Notes: a model not told the origin generated them from the sequence alone. A stretch of 64,000 nucleotides of DNA from an uncultured Dehalococcoidia bacterium (GCA_964347635.1 CAYFZI010000002.1:8851-72850), one strand, 5' to 3'. Counted from the first letter of the stretch, positions 9,605 through 19,752 are shown. Program-made: numbers and translations.

Positions 9605-10429
9605 GTGGTGTTGGAGCCCGTCCCCGAGCGCCGGCCGGCCAGCACGGCGCGATTGGCCGGCGACGCTCCCCCATCCTGGCTGGGCGGTGAGGCGCGGGGC
9701 GGCGACGGCCGCCGCTGCGCGTTCTGCGGCGAGCTGGCGCCGCCCGCCTCCTCCTTCTGCCCCAAGTGCGGCCGCGCTCTCACCGCCGCCCTGCTGCCCG
9801 CACACGGCGAAGCGCTCTCGGTGGTCTTCACCGATATCGAAGATTCAACCCAGCTGACCGAGCGCTTGGGCGACGCGACCTGGGAAGCGATTATCGATGA
9901 ACATAACGACATCGTCCGCGAGGAGCTGCACCGCCACCGCGGCTTCGAAGTGAAGCTGACCGGCGACGGCTTCCTGATCGTCTTCGCCGACGCGCTCAAC
10001 GCTGTGCGCTGCGCCTCCCGAATTCAGGCCCGCGTCACCCTGCGCGCCGCGCACCGCGGGGCCGGCTGGCCGGTCCGCGTGCGGATCGGCATCCACCGCG
10101 GCGATGTGATCCTCCGCCCTGGCGGCGACATTCTCGGCCGCACCGTGAACATGGCCAGCCGCATCCTGGCCAAGGGCGACGGCGGGATGATCCTCAGCTC
10201 CGCCGCCTTCGCTGCAGAGGTGGCAGCCGCGGTGCCGGACGAGTTCTGGATCGATATGGGCGCGCGCCGCATCCGCGGCATCGCGCGCCGCGAGCGGCTC
10301 TACCGGCTCAACTGGGCCGGCTACCTGCGCGCCCAGGCCAGCATCGAGGACCCCGGCCCCGAAGCGATGCGCTTCGACGGCGATGAAGCCTTCGATCCAT
10401 TTGACCCGCTCCTCAGCGCCGTTGGCTAG
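9605..10429 (+). CDS. Class III adenylate/guanylate cyclase with an N-terminal C4 zinc-ribbon
   Basis: CAFCG...CPKCG ribbon, then a CYTH-unrelated class III cyclase core (VVFTDIEDST...GDGFLIVF...RIGIHRGDV). GTG start is preceded by GGGAGG at 7 nt. Confidence 0.7.
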   Translation: MVLEPVPERRPASTARLAGDAPPSWLGGEARGGDGRRCAFCGELAPPASSFCPKCGRALTAALLPAHGEALSVVFTDIEDSTQLTERLGDATWEAIIDEHNDIVREELHRHRGFEVKLTGDGFLIVFADALNAVRCASRIQARVTLRAAHRGAGWPVRVRIGIHRGDVILRPGGDILGRTVNMASRILAKGDGGMILSSAAFAAEVAAAVPDEFWIDMGARRIRGIARRERLYRLNWAGYLRAQASIEDPGPEAMRFDGDEAFDPFDPLLSAVG

Positions 10430-10534
10430 CCGCCGCCCCGCTGTTCTCCCCGCGGGGCCAGGGGGGCAGAGGAACAGAACGAAGCGCTATGTCGCGCGCG
10501 CAAGGGCGCGGCCGGCGCTTCTAGACTTGGCGCT

Positions 10535-11185
10535 ATGGAGCTTGAGCAGCTGCTGACGCTGAATCGGCGGATCGCCGGCTGCACGGCCTGCACGCTGAGC
10601 GCGGGCCGAACCCAGACAGTGCCCGGCGACGGCGACCCCGACGCGGAGCTGATGTTCATCGGCGAGGGTCCGGGCTTCCACGAAGATCAGCAGGGCCGCC
10701 CCTTTGTGGGGCGGGCCGGCAAACTGCTCGATGAGCTGCTTGCCGGCATCGAGCTGACCCGCGCGGACGTGTTCGTGGCCAACGTGGTCAAATGCCGCCC
10801 GCCGCAGAACCGCGACCCGCAGCCGAACGAGATCGCCGCCTGCGAACCGTTTCTGCGCGAGCAGATCGAAAGCATTCGGCCAAAGTTGATCGTGCCGCTG
10901 GGCCGCTTTGCGACGCAGTACTTCATCCCGCGCGCCGTGATGGGGCGGTCGCGCGGCGTCCCCGCGCAGGCCGGACGGTGGCGCATCTACCCTGTCTACC
11001 ACCCCGCCGCCGCGCTGCGCCAAGCGTCGCTGCTGCAAGTCCTGCGCGGCGATTTCGCCCGCATCCCGCAGCTGCTTGCCGAATCGCAGCGGCCAAGCCC
11101 GCCGAGCCAGACAGCCGCGGCGCAGCCGGGCGGCGAGCAAGCGGAGGGCGAGCAGCCGGGCGGGACGCAGCTGGCGCTGCTCTAG
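10535..11185 (+). CDS. Uracil-DNA glycosylase, family 4
   Basis: CTAC...GEGPGFHEDQQGRPFVGRAGKLLDELL...ANVVKCRPP motifs typical of family 4 UDG. Confidence 0.8.
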   Translation: MELEQLLTLNRRIAGCTACTLSAGRTQTVPGDGDPDAELMFIGEGPGFHEDQQGRPFVGRAGKLLDELLAGIELTRADVFVANVVKCRPPQNRDPQPNEIAACEPFLREQIESIRPKLIVPLGRFATQYFIPRAVMGRSRGVPAQAGRWRIYPVYHPAAALRQASLLQVLRGDFARIPQLLAESQRPSPPSQTAAAQPGGEQAEGEQPGGTQLALL

Positions 11186-11253
11186 CCTGATGCCCGGTCC
11201 GCGCGGCCGACCGCCCGAACCTGCACGGCGGCCTGAACACTTGGAGGAAGCGC

Positions 11254-12921
11254 GTGAGCGATGTGCGGCGCGGCAGCTTGCGGGTAGTGCCGCTCGGCGG
11301 ACTCGGCGACATCGGCCGCAATCTGATGGTCTACGAAACCGACGACGACATGGTGGTCGTCGACGCCGGCCTGATGTTTCCCTCGGAGGAGATGCACGGC
11401 GTCGATTACATCATCCCCGATGTGAGCTATCTCGAGCAGCGGCGGCGCAAACTGCGCGGCTGGCTGATTACCCACGGCCACGAGGATCACATCGGCGCGC
11501 TGCGTTTTCTGCTGCCGCGCCTGCCCGCGCCGATCTACGCCGCGCGGCTCCCTCAGGGCCTGCTGCGGCTGAAGCTCGAGGAGGCCGGCCTGCTCGATGT
11601 CGACCAGGTCACGATCCGCGCCGGCTCGCAGATCAACTTCGGCCAGATCTCCGCTGAGTTCTTCCCCGTTGCGCACTCGATTCCGGACGCCTTCGGGCTG
11701 GCCCTGCGCACGCCGGCCGGGCTGGTCGTGCACACAGGCGACTTCAAAATCGACCACACGCCGGTGATGGGCGAACCGACCGATTTGAACGCACTGGCCC
11801 GCTACGGGCAAGAGGGCGTGCGGCTGCTCTGCAGCGATTCGACCTACGCCGATAGGCCCGGCCATACGGTCTCGGAGATGGTCGTGGGGGATGCGCTCGA
11901 GCAAATTCTGCTCACGGCGCCGGGGCGGGTGATCATCGCCACCTTCGCATCGCAGATCGCGCGCGTGCAGCAGATCATCGACGGCGCCGAAGCGGCGGGG
12001 CGCACCGTCTTCCCGACCGGCCGCTCGATGGAGAAGAACCTCGGTGTGGCGCTGGAGCTCAACTACCTCTCGGCCCCCGAGCGGCAAATCCGCAATATCA
12101 CTGAACACCGCCACGCCGCAGACGAAAACACCGTGATCATCTGCACCGGCGCGCAGGGCGAGCCGATGTCGGCGCTCTCGCGGATGGCCAGCGGCGACCA
12201 CCGCGATGTCGCGCTCAAGCCCGGCGACACGGTGGTGCTGTCGTCGACGCCGATTCCCGGCAACGAGGCTGCCGTCAACACCACGATCGATAACCTGTTC
12301 CGGCGCGGCGTCGATGTGATGTACTCGGGCGGCGGACACGAGCACGTGCACGTGCGCGGACACGCCGGGCAGGAAGAGCTCAAAACGGTGATCGGGCTGA
12401 CGCGGCCTAGCGCGTTCGTGCCGATCCACGGCGAATACCGCCATCTGGTGATGCACACACGGCTGGCGATCTCGATGGGCGTGCCGGAGGAGAACTGCCA
12501 CATCGTGCTCGACGGCGACGCGCTCGAACTGACCGAGGACCAGTCCGAGGTCGTTGACCGCGTCCCGGCTTCCTACGTCTATGTCGACGGCGTCAACGTC
12601 GGCGGCGTCGATCACACGGTGCTGCGCGACCGCCGGCGCTTGGCGCGCGACGGTGTGGTCGTTGTCGTCGTGCCGATCGACCATCAGACCGGGCAGCTCG
12701 CCGGCGAGATTGATCTCGTCGCGAAGGGCTTCGTGGAGCTGGACAACTCGCCCGAGCTGCGCGGCGGGGCGATCGCGCAGATCACCAAGACGCTGCGGCG
12801 CGACGCGCACCCTGTCGAGTGGAGCGCGCTCGAGAACGGCTTGAAGCGGCAAATCTCGGCATTTCTGTACCGCGAGGCGCGCCAGCGGCCTATGGTGATT
12901 CCTGTGGCGGTTGAGGTCTGA
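11254..12921 (+). CDS. rnj: Ribonuclease J (metallo-beta-lactamase / beta-CASP family)
   Basis: LRVVPLGGLGDIGRN...ITHGHEDHIGAL (HxHxDH) and beta-CASP motifs. GTG start has a GGAGGAAG SD. Confidence 0.9.
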   Translation: MSDVRRGSLRVVPLGGLGDIGRNLMVYETDDDMVVVDAGLMFPSEEMHGVDYIIPDVSYLEQRRRKLRGWLITHGHEDHIGALRFLLPRLPAPIYAARLPQGLLRLKLEEAGLLDVDQVTIRAGSQINFGQISAEFFPVAHSIPDAFGLALRTPAGLVVHTGDFKIDHTPVMGEPTDLNALARYGQEGVRLLCSDSTYADRPGHTVSEMVVGDALEQILLTAPGRVIIATFASQIARVQQIIDGAEAAGRTVFPTGRSMEKNLGVALELNYLSAPERQIRNITEHRHAADENTVIICTGAQGEPMSALSRMASGDHRDVALKPGDTVVLSSTPIPGNEAAVNTTIDNLFRRGVDVMYSGGGHEHVHVRGHAGQEELKTVIGLTRPSAFVPIHGEYRHLVMHTRLAISMGVPEENCHIVLDGDALELTEDQSEVVDRVPASYVYVDGVNVGGVDHTVLRDRRRLARDGVVVVVVPIDHQTGQLAGEIDLVAKGFVELDNSPELRGGAIAQITKTLRRDAHPVEWSALENGLKRQISAFLYREARQRPMVIPVAVEV

Positions 12922-12979
12922 GATCTGAATCTTGGGCGTGTAGCGGGGCGGCTGCGGCCGGTGGGCCGAGGGATTGGGC

Positions 12980-15622
12980 ATGGCCAAACGCGGTTCAAAG
13001 CGCCGTACGGCGCTTCCCGACCAGCTCGCGCTCTGGATGACGCAGCAGCGCACCCCATTGGCAGGGATCGCTGTGATCGCCGCCGCTTCCCTCTTCGCTG
13101 CCTGGGCGTCGCTGGCCGCTGCGCCGGCGGCGGGCGGGCGCGAAGCGCTGATCGCGGCGCTCGGCGGCGGCGTCTACCTGGCCGCGGCGGCGCCGGCTGC
13201 GTGCGGCGCAGCGCTGCTGCTGGGCATGCGGCGGCCCAAGCGGGTGCAGCGGCGGCAGCTGCGGCGCATCCTGGGCGCGGCCGCGCTGCTGCTGGCGGCG
13301 TGGGGGATCGCCGGCGCGTTTGGCCCCGCTCTGTCGTTGGGCGGCGTCTCGCTGGCTGAGCACTCGCTGGGCGGCGCTGTCGGAGCGGCATTCGCGAACG
13401 CGCGCGGCGCTGTGCTGATCGCGCTGCTGCTTCTGGGCGGCGGCGCGCTGCTCGCGCCGCCGCAGGCGCGCGCGCTGCTGGGCGGCGCGAAACGCGGGCT
13501 GCGTTGGTCGGTGCGGGCGTTGGCGGACCACGGCCCGGCCGCGGCGGCGGCGATCGGGCGGGCGATCTGGGCCGGGCTCAGCTGGTATGTGCGCCTGGTC
13601 TGGGGCGCGCTGCGGGAGATCGCGGGCGATCTGCGCGGCGCGGTTGAGCGGCGGCGGACGGCCGCGCAGGCGCCGCCGCCCCCGCCACCCGCGCAATGGA
13701 CGCTGCAGATACCCAATTCGCCGCCCCCTCCTCCGCTGGCGCAGGCGCCGCCGCCCAATCCCGCGCCGCCTGCACCGACGCCGCCCGCGCCGGCGGCGAA
13801 GCCGCCCAAGCGGACGCTCAAGCGCCAGGCCGCAGACGGCTGGCGGCTGCCGCCGTTGGACCTGCTCGATCCGGATCGGCCCGCGGTGTCGCAGGCCAGC
13901 GCCGATGAGAGCGCGCAGATCATTGTCGACACTTTGGCTTCGTTCGGAGTGGATGCGCGGGTCGCCGAAATCAACCGCGGCCCGAGCGTGACTCAGTTCG
14001 GGATCGAGCCGGGCTGGGAGATTAAGATGCGCCAGATCGCGCTGCGCAGCGCCGACGGCAAGGCGCTGCTCGACGGCGACGGACAACCGCAGACCCGCTC
14101 CGAAGAGGTGGCGCGCACGCGGGTGCGGGTCAACCGGATCACACGGCTGGCCAACGATCTGGCGCTCGCCCTCTCAGCCCCTTCGATTCGCGTCGAGGCG
14201 CCCGTTCCGGGGCGGCCCGTGATTGGCATCGAGGTGCCCAACGCCGAGTCCGGGATTGTCGCGCTGCGCGGGCTGCTCGAGTCGGATGAGTACCGCCGCG
14301 CGGTCGAGCGCGGCGGGCTGCCGATCGCGCTGGGCCGCGACGTGCGCGGGCGGCCGGTCGTCGCCGATTTGGCCAAGATGCCGCACGTGCTGATCGCCGG
14401 CGCGACCGGCTCCGGCAAGAGCGTCTGCATCAACACGATCATCACCTGCCTGCTGATGCACCAATCGCCGCTGCAGCTGCGTCTGGTGCTGGTCGATCCC
14501 AAGCGGGTCGAGCTGACCGGCTACGCCGGCGTCCCCCACCTGGCGCTCTCGCATGTGGTCACCGAGACCGACGAAGTCGTGCGCGTGTTGGGCATGGTGG
14601 TGGCCGAGATGGAGCGCCGCTATCGGCGCCTCGAAGCGTGCGGCGTGCGCAACATCGCGGCCTACAACGCGCGGCCGGATGTCGAGCAGCCGCTGCCCTA
14701 CTGGGTGGTGGTGCTCGATGAGCTGGCCGACATGATGATGGCCGCGCCGGTCGAGGTCGAGCAGCAGCTGGTACGCCTGGCGCAGCTGGCGCGCGCGACC
14801 GGTATTCACCTGGTGGTGGCGACGCAGCGCCCCTCCGTCGACGTCGTGACCGGGCTGATCAAGGCCAACTTCCCCACCCGCATCGCGTTCGCAACGACAT
14901 CCCAGACAGATGCGCGGGTGATCATGGATCGGGCCGGGGCAGAGAAGCTGCTGGGGCGCGGCGACATGCTGCTGATGAGCTCCGACAGCATCAAGCCGCG
15001 CCGCGTGCAGGGCGCGTTCGTATCCGACGACGAGATCGACCGAGTGATCGAGGCCTGGACGGCGCCCGCGCAGCCCGCAGCTCAGCGCTCGACTGTCGAA
15101 GATCTGATCGATGAGCTGCTGAACGACGCCGACGCTGCACCGCAGACGCGCGCAGCGATCCAGGCCGGCGCAGAGACCGACGCGCTGCGCAGCAAGCTGC
15201 GCACGGCGCTCGCAGCCGAGCCGCCGGACATCGCCGCCTCAGACGATCGCTCGGCCGCCCCCGAGGCAGCTGCGGCAGAGCGCCCGCCCCGCTTGCGGGA
15301 GCAGGATGCCGAAGTCCATCTGGATTCTCCGGCCGCACCCGCAAGCGGGATGGGGGAGGAGGATGCGGCGCCGCTGCGGCTCTCCTCTCCGGAGGCATCG
15401 GAGGCATCGAGTGATTCCCGCTTTGATGAGGCGGCGGCGCTGGCGTGCGAGCATCGGCGCGTCTCGGCTTCGCTGCTGCAGCGGCGCTTGCGGGTCGGCT
15501 TGCCCCGCGCCGAGCGCCTCATTGAGCAGCTCGAGCTGGCCGGCATCGTCGCGCCCGCTGAAGGCGGCAGCTCGCGTCGTGTGCTGCAGCGCGCCGAATC
15601 GGGCGTCCAGCCGCTCGACTAG
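12980..15622 (+). CDS. ftsK: DNA translocase FtsK/SpoIIIE
   Basis: N-terminal TM segments, a Pro/Ala-rich linker, a motor domain with GATGSGKS Walker A and VVVLDELADMM Walker B, and a C-terminal gamma (winged-helix) domain. ATG 12980 follows GAGGG; the track TTG start is at 12974. Confidence 0.9.
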   Translation: MAKRGSKRRTALPDQLALWMTQQRTPLAGIAVIAAASLFAAWASLAAAPAAGGREALIAALGGGVYLAAAAPAACGAALLLGMRRPKRVQRRQLRRILGAAALLLAAWGIAGAFGPALSLGGVSLAEHSLGGAVGAAFANARGAVLIALLLLGGGALLAPPQARALLGGAKRGLRWSVRALADHGPAAAAAIGRAIWAGLSWYVRLVWGALREIAGDLRGAVERRRTAAQAPPPPPPAQWTLQIPNSPPPPPLAQAPPPNPAPPAPTPPAPAAKPPKRTLKRQAADGWRLPPLDLLDPDRPAVSQASADESAQIIVDTLASFGVDARVAEINRGPSVTQFGIEPGWEIKMRQIALRSADGKALLDGDGQPQTRSEEVARTRVRVNRITRLANDLALALSAPSIRVEAPVPGRPVIGIEVPNAESGIVALRGLLESDEYRRAVERGGLPIALGRDVRGRPVVADLAKMPHVLIAGATGSGKSVCINTIITCLLMHQSPLQLRLVLVDPKRVELTGYAGVPHLALSHVVTETDEVVRVLGMVVAEMERRYRRLEACGVRNIAAYNARPDVEQPLPYWVVVLDELADMMMAAPVEVEQQLVRLAQLARATGIHLVVATQRPSVDVVTGLIKANFPTRIAFATTSQTDARVIMDRAGAEKLLGRGDMLLMSSDSIKPRRVQGAFVSDDEIDRVIEAWTAPAQPAAQRSTVEDLIDELLNDADAAPQTRAAIQAGAETDALRSKLRTALAAEPPDIAASDDRSAAPEAAAAERPPRLREQDAEVHLDSPAAPASGMGEEDAAPLRLSSPEASEASSDSRFDEAAALACEHRRVSASLLQRRLRVGLPRAERLIEQLELAGIVAPAEGGSSRRVLQRAESGVQPLD

Positions 15623-15671
15623 GGCCTATGGGGCACGTTCGGCGGATTGCTCTGGGGCGTCTCTCGGGCGC

Positions 15672-15700
15672 GCCAAGCGCGGCAGCGCTCCGCGCTTGGC
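15672..15700. terminator. Perfect 11-bp inverted repeat (gccaagcgcgg-cagcgct-ccgcgcttggc) between convergent ftsK and tatC
   Basis: Read directly: stem arms at 15672-15682 and 15690-15700 with a 7-nt loop. It is followed by a T-containing stretch (tagttggctaggtttgg). Confidence 0.4.
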
Positions 15701-15751
15701 TAGTTGGCTAGGTTTGGCTCAGCGGGTGCGCGGGCGGCGCTTCGGTCTTCG

Positions 15752-16594
15752 TCACTGCTCTGCTGCGGATTCGGCTTGTTCGGCATCGGCGGCGGGGATG
15801 ATCGCGTGCGGCTCGACAATCCGCACGAGCGCGACGCCGAGGATGTACAGCCCCAGCGTCGGCACGGCGACCACCGTTTGCGTGACGGGGTCGATCGAGG
15901 GCGTGATCAGCGCTGCGAGCAGGAATGCGCCGATGATCGCCCAGCGCCACATACCGAGCAGCCGTTTCGATGTGACCAGGCCGAACGCCCCCAGACCCAT
16001 CAGGAAGAGCGGCATTTCGAAGATGATCCCGGTCCAGAAGACGAAGCGGGTCAGCATGTCGACGTAGTTGTTGATCCGCACCTGCGGCTCGGCGATCTTG
16101 TCGCCGAAGTTGAGCAGGAAGTCGAGCGCGGGCGGCCAGCCGATGTAGAAGGCGAAGGCGCCCCCGCAGGCGAAGGCGATCGTGGCGACGAAGACGATTG
16201 GCAGAATCCAGCGCCGCTCGGTGCGCGTCAGCCCGGGGTGGATGAAGGCGTAGGCCTGGTAGACGAGCACCGGCATCGCGCCGGCGACCCCCAGCATCAG
16301 GCTGATCTTGATGTACGCGCCGATGTAGCCGAGCAGCTCGGTGTAGATCGGCCGAAAGTCGGGCAGCGCTGCGCGTCCGGGCTCGAGCAGGTAATCGAGG
16401 ATCGATTCGGCGAACACGAGCGTGACGACCGTGGTCAGCACCACGCTCAGCGTGGCGATCGTGAGCCGCTGGCGGATTTCGCTGAGATGCTCGCCGAGTG
16501 TCAGCTCGCGATCGCCGCTGCTCTCGGGCTCCTCGGCCAGCTCCAGATCGAGCGGCGTTTCCTCGGGCGGCTGGGCGGCCGGCTGCGATGCCAT
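15752..16594 (-). CDS. tatC: Twin-arginine translocase subunit TatC
   Basis: Six-TM protein with TatC motifs (LSEIRQRL..., AYIKISL, PGLT..ER, IFEMPL). Confidence 0.9.
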   Translation of the reverse strand: MASQPAAQPPEETPLDLELAEEPESSGDRELTLGEHLSEIRQRLTIATLSVVLTTVVTLVFAESILDYLLEPGRAALPDFRPIYTELLGYIGAYIKISLMLGVAGAMPVLVYQAYAFIHPGLTRTERRWILPIVFVATIAFACGGAFAFYIGWPPALDFLLNFGDKIAEPQVRINNYVDMLTRFVFWTGIIFEMPLFLMGLGAFGLVTSKRLLGMWRWAIIGAFLLAALITPSIDPVTQTVVAVPTLGLYILGVALVRIVEPHAIIPAADAEQAESAAEQ

Positions 16595-16614
16595 GCGTCA
16601 GTCTGTCCGCGCCG

Positions 16615-17142
16615 CTACGCGCCGCCGCGGCGGCGGTTCAGCGAAATCACGTTCGAGGGCCGCGCCGGCGCTTCGGCGGCGCGCGCGCTGCGCCGCCGCA
16701 CGATCGGGCGCCGCCGCGCTTGGCGCGCCTCCGCCTGCGGCTCGGCTTCGACGGCCGCTGCGATCGGCGTCGGTGACGGCGGTGTCTGATTCGCCGCATT
16801 GGGGGACGCCGGGGCGCCGCTGCGCGCCGCCGACACCGCTTCCTCGGTCGCAATTTCAGCGTCGCGCGCGGCCGCCCGAATGTCCGCCTCGGCATCGGCC
16901 AGATCGCGGCGCAGCTCTTCGTCCGTTTCCTCCAGCTGGTGGCGAACTTCGATGTACTCCTCGCGCATCTCTTCGAAGTCGGTCAAATACTCGTCTCGGA
17001 AGTCGCGCGCATACTCGCGCAGCTCGCGAATCGCGCGCCCAAACTGCCCGGCGAACTCTGGCAGGCGGGCGGGCCCGAAGATCACCGCGGCCAACAGCAG
17101 CACGACCAGAATTTCTGGGATTCCAACGCCGAAGATATTCAT
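16615..17142 (-). CDS. tatA: Sec-independent translocase TatA/TatB-family protein with a long C-terminal tail
   Basis: MNIFGVGIPEILVVLLLAAVIFGPARLPE N-terminal TM plus amphipathic helix. The extended acidic/Pro-rich tail suggests a TatB-like role. Confidence 0.85.
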   Translation of the reverse strand: MNIFGVGIPEILVVLLLAAVIFGPARLPEFAGQFGRAIRELREYARDFRDEYLTDFEEMREEYIEVRHQLEETDEELRRDLADAEADIRAAARDAEIATEEAVSAARSGAPASPNAANQTPPSPTPIAAAVEAEPQAEARQARRRPIVRRRSARAAEAPARPSNVISLNRRRGGA

Positions 17143-17354
17143 GCGCGCCCCACCGCGGCCTCAGGCCGCCTGGCGCTGCACGCGCCCGCTCCAGCGTGCA
17201 TACGCGCCGGCTTCAGCGTATCGGATTTGCGCTCGGCTGCCGCATTCCCGCCGCGGCCGGGCGGGGGAAGGCCTCGCATTCCCCGCCCGCTCTGCTGGCG
17301 GCGGGAGCGGAGCGGTTGGGCCATTGCCTGCGTCGGCGGCGGTTCAGCGCTCCG

Positions 17355-17612
17355 CTAGTTTTCCGGCACGCCCTTCTCGAGCAGAAAATTGACCGCATCG
17401 CGGACGGTCGCGATCTCCTCCGCGTCCTCATCGGAGATCTCCAGGTCGGGCACCTCATCGCGGAATTCTTCTTCGAACGACATAATCAGCTCGACCAGAT
17501 CGAGCGAGTCCGCGCCGAGGTCGTCGATGAATGAGGCGTCCAGCGTGACCTCGTCGGCCTCGACGCTGAGCTGCTCCACGATGATGCCCTGAATCCGTTC
17601 GAACAGTGCCAC
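17355..17612 (-). CDS. acpP: Acyl carrier protein
   Basis: IVEQLSV...[20 protein letters not shown] with the phosphopantetheine-attachment Ser in DSLD. An internal GTG at 17612-17610 is preceded by GGAGG at 8 nt. The same frame stays open upstream (see the NusB-like feature and finding). Confidence 0.8.
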   Translation of the reverse strand: MALFERIQGIIVEQLSVEADEVTLDASFIDDLGADSLDLVELIMSFEEEFRDEVPDLEISDEDAEEIATVRDAVNFLLEKGVPEN

Positions 17613-17888
17613 TGCAGAAGCCTCCTGCACCGGCCCTTCGAGCCGGGTTCGTCTGATTGTGCCCAACACCCCGCTAACCAAGCGCCGGCTGCCGTCGCTG
17701 CCGTAGCGCTTGGCCAGCTCCACCGCTTCGTGCACGGCGGTCGAGGCGCGTACCGCTTCAGTATTGAAGAGCAGTTCGTACAGCGCAATTCGGAGCACCG
17801 TCAGGTCGACCAGCGCCATCTGCGCGAGCGGGCGTTCCCGCGCCGTCTCGCGGATGATCGCGTCGAGCTCCCCGCAGCGGGCCGCCAC
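17613..17888 (-). CDS. NusB-family (antitermination factor-like) reading frame
   Basis: [22 protein letters not shown]...[25 protein letters not shown] matches the C-terminal helices of NusB. The only in-frame canonical start is GTG 17888. Upstream, NusB-N-terminus-like sequence ([10 protein letters not shown]...) continues in frame to a CTG that overlaps the fabD stop, with no ATG/GTG/TTG. There is no stop before acpP. Confidence 0.35.
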
Positions 17889-18073
17889 ACCGGCGACGAG
17901 CCGCTCCGCATAGAGCCGCTCGGCATCTTCGAGCGGCTCCGCCGCCTGGGCCCGCGCCAGCGCCGCCGCCGCGCTGATCCGCTCAAACTCCGCCTCGAAC
18001 GAGGCGGCAAAGGCGCGCGTGCGCGCGTCTTTGCGGCGCGCCGCCCCCGCTGCCGCGGCGCGGCCGCCGCGGC

Positions 18074-19006
18074 TCAGGCTGCACCCTCCGCGATGCTGGC
18101 TCGATCGTTGAGGTTGATCAGCTTCGGCTTCTCCGGCCGCAGCGTCGTCCGCACCAACCCTGTCAGCACCGTGCCCGGCCCGATCTCTACGAACGTCTCC
18201 ACGCCCAGCGCGCGCATCGCGAGCACGGTGTCGCGCCAGCGCACCGGGCGCCGAATCTGCGCCTTGAGATCGGCGCGCACCGCTTCCGCGCTGGTCAGCG
18301 CCGATGCCTCCACGTTGCCAATCACGGTGATCTTTGGGGCCGCGATCGCCGCTGCGTCGAGCACTGGGCCCATCGCTTCGGCCGCCGGCGCCATCAGCGA
18401 GGTGTGAAAGGCGCCGCCGACGTTGAGCCGCACGACGCGCCGCGCGCCCCGCTGCTCGGCGAGCAGGGCGGCGCGCTCGACCGCTTCCGGTGTTCCGCCC
18501 ACCACGATCTGCCCTGTTGCGTTCAGATTGCAGAGCTCCGCGCCCGTATCCGCGCAGACCTGCTCGACCGCGTCCTCATCCATGCCCAGCACCGCCGCCA
18601 GCGTGCCCGGCCGCGCCTCGCCGGCCGCCTGCATCAGCTCTCCGCGCCGCTGCACGAGCCGCACCGCTTCGGCGACTGTCAGCGAACCGGCCGCCGCGAG
18701 CGCGCTGTACTCGCCTAGGCTGTGCCCCGCCGCACAGACGGGCTCGTCCGCCAGCGCGGCGTGCCCCGCAGCCCGCGCCGCCGCCCAAGCGGCCAGGCTG
18801 GCGACGAGGATCGCCGGCTGCGTGTTGACGGTCCGGCGCAGCTCCTCCTCGGGGCCTTCGAAGATGATCCGCGAGAGCGCCCGCCCGATCGCCGCATCGG
18901 CTGCTTCGAACACCGCCGCCGCCTCTGGGTACGCCTCATAGAGATCGCGCCCCATCCCGACCTGCTGCGCGCCTTGGCCGGGGAACAGCCAGGCGGTTGC
19001 CGCCAC
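18074..19006 (-). CDS. fabD: Malonyl-CoA:ACP transacylase FabD
   Basis: [10 protein letters not shown]...[14 protein letters not shown] active-site motif. GTG 19006 is preceded by GGAGGAG. Length is 309 aa. Confidence 0.9.
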   Translation of the reverse strand: MAATAWLFPGQGAQQVGMGRDLYEAYPEAAAVFEAADAAIGRALSRIIFEGPEEELRRTVNTQPAILVASLAAWAAARAAGHAALADEPVCAAGHSLGEYSALAAAGSLTVAEAVRLVQRRGELMQAAGEARPGTLAAVLGMDEDAVEQVCADTGAELCNLNATGQIVVGGTPEAVERAALLAEQRGARRVVRLNVGGAFHTSLMAPAAEAMGPVLDAAAIAAPKITVIGNVEASALTSAEAVRADLKAQIRRPVRWRDTVLAMRALGVETFVEIGPGTVLTGLVRTTLRPEKPKLINLNDRASIAEGAA

Positions 19007-19008
19007 CG

Positions 19009-19191
19009 CTACTCCTCCACCGCGATCACCGCATGCCCGCGGTAGGAGCCGCAGGCCCAGCAGATATGATGCGCCTGGTGCGTTGCGTTGCACTCTGGGC
19101 AGATCACCAGCTTGGGGCGGCGCACTTTGTGGTGCTGGCGGCGCAGGCGCTGGCGCGTCTTGGCGTACTTACGTTTGGGAAGCGGCGGCAT
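19009..19191 (-). CDS. rpmF: 50S ribosomal protein L32
   Basis: MPPLPKRKYAKTRQRLRRQHHKV...CPECN...CWACGSYRG, the L32 pattern. It lies downstream of yceD as in the conserved yceD-rpmF arrangement. Confidence 0.9.
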   Translation of the reverse strand: MPPLPKRKYAKTRQRLRRQHHKVRRPKLVICPECNATHQAHHICWACGSYRGHAVIAVEE

Positions 19192-19206
19192 CGCTCAGTT
19201 CTTTCT

Positions 19207-19752
19207 TCAGTGCGGCGGCTGCGGCAGCTGCTCGCGCAGCGCCCGCAGCGCGGCCCAGCGATCGTCGGTCTCTTGTTCGTCGTTGGCGTCGGGCAGCCCG
19301 GCGCCGGGGCAGGACGGCCCGCAGCGCGGGCTGATCGGCCTCGCCATCTCGACATATTGTCGCACGACTTCGGTCAGGTCGATCTGCCCATCGATCACTG
19401 CAAAGCCGTCGCGCTCCGGCGGCGGCTGGAGCGCCCGCCCGGTCAGCGCGTCGGTCGGCGGCCAGAACTCCTCATCGAATTGCAGATCCAATACGAGCGA
19501 GAGCGGTGCGAGGCAGGCGCCGCAGATGTCATCGACGCTCGTTTGCAGCTGTGCGCTGGCGAGCAGCGATTGGTCGGTGCGCAGCAGCCGCAGCGCGCCG
19601 TCAACCGCGCGGCGCCGCCCGGCGTAGCGAAACTCGGCCTGTGAGAGCTCGTAGTCGCGCAGCGCGCCGATCGGCTCCTGCAGCAGGGTCGAGGCGTTGA
19701 TCAGCAGCGAATAGAGCTGCCGCCGTGCGGCGGGGCGCGGTGTGCGGCTCAT
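19207..19752 (-). CDS. yceD: YceD/DUF177 family protein
   Basis: C-terminal CxxC...LPD motif and the conserved position directly upstream of rpmF. Confidence 0.75.
   Translation of the reverse strand: MSRTPRPAARRQLYSLLINASTLLQEPIGALRDYELSQAEFRYAGRRRAVDGALRLLRTDQSLLASAQLQTSVDDICGACLAPLSLVLDLQFDEEFWPPTDALTGRALQPPPERDGFAVIDGQIDLTEVVRQYVEMARPISPRCGPSCPGAGLPDANDEQETDDRWAALRALREQLPQPPH

Noticed and set aside
11182-13053. 623-aa minus-strand ORF antisense to RNase J
   Set aside because: RNase J on the plus strand has the HxHxDH and beta-CASP motifs and a strong SD. The minus frame has no features.
17143-17354. Terminator or small gene downstream of acpP
   Set aside because: Only short GC stems (cccgcc/ggcggg) are present, with no U-tract and no convincing ORF. 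There is not enough evidence to call a feature.
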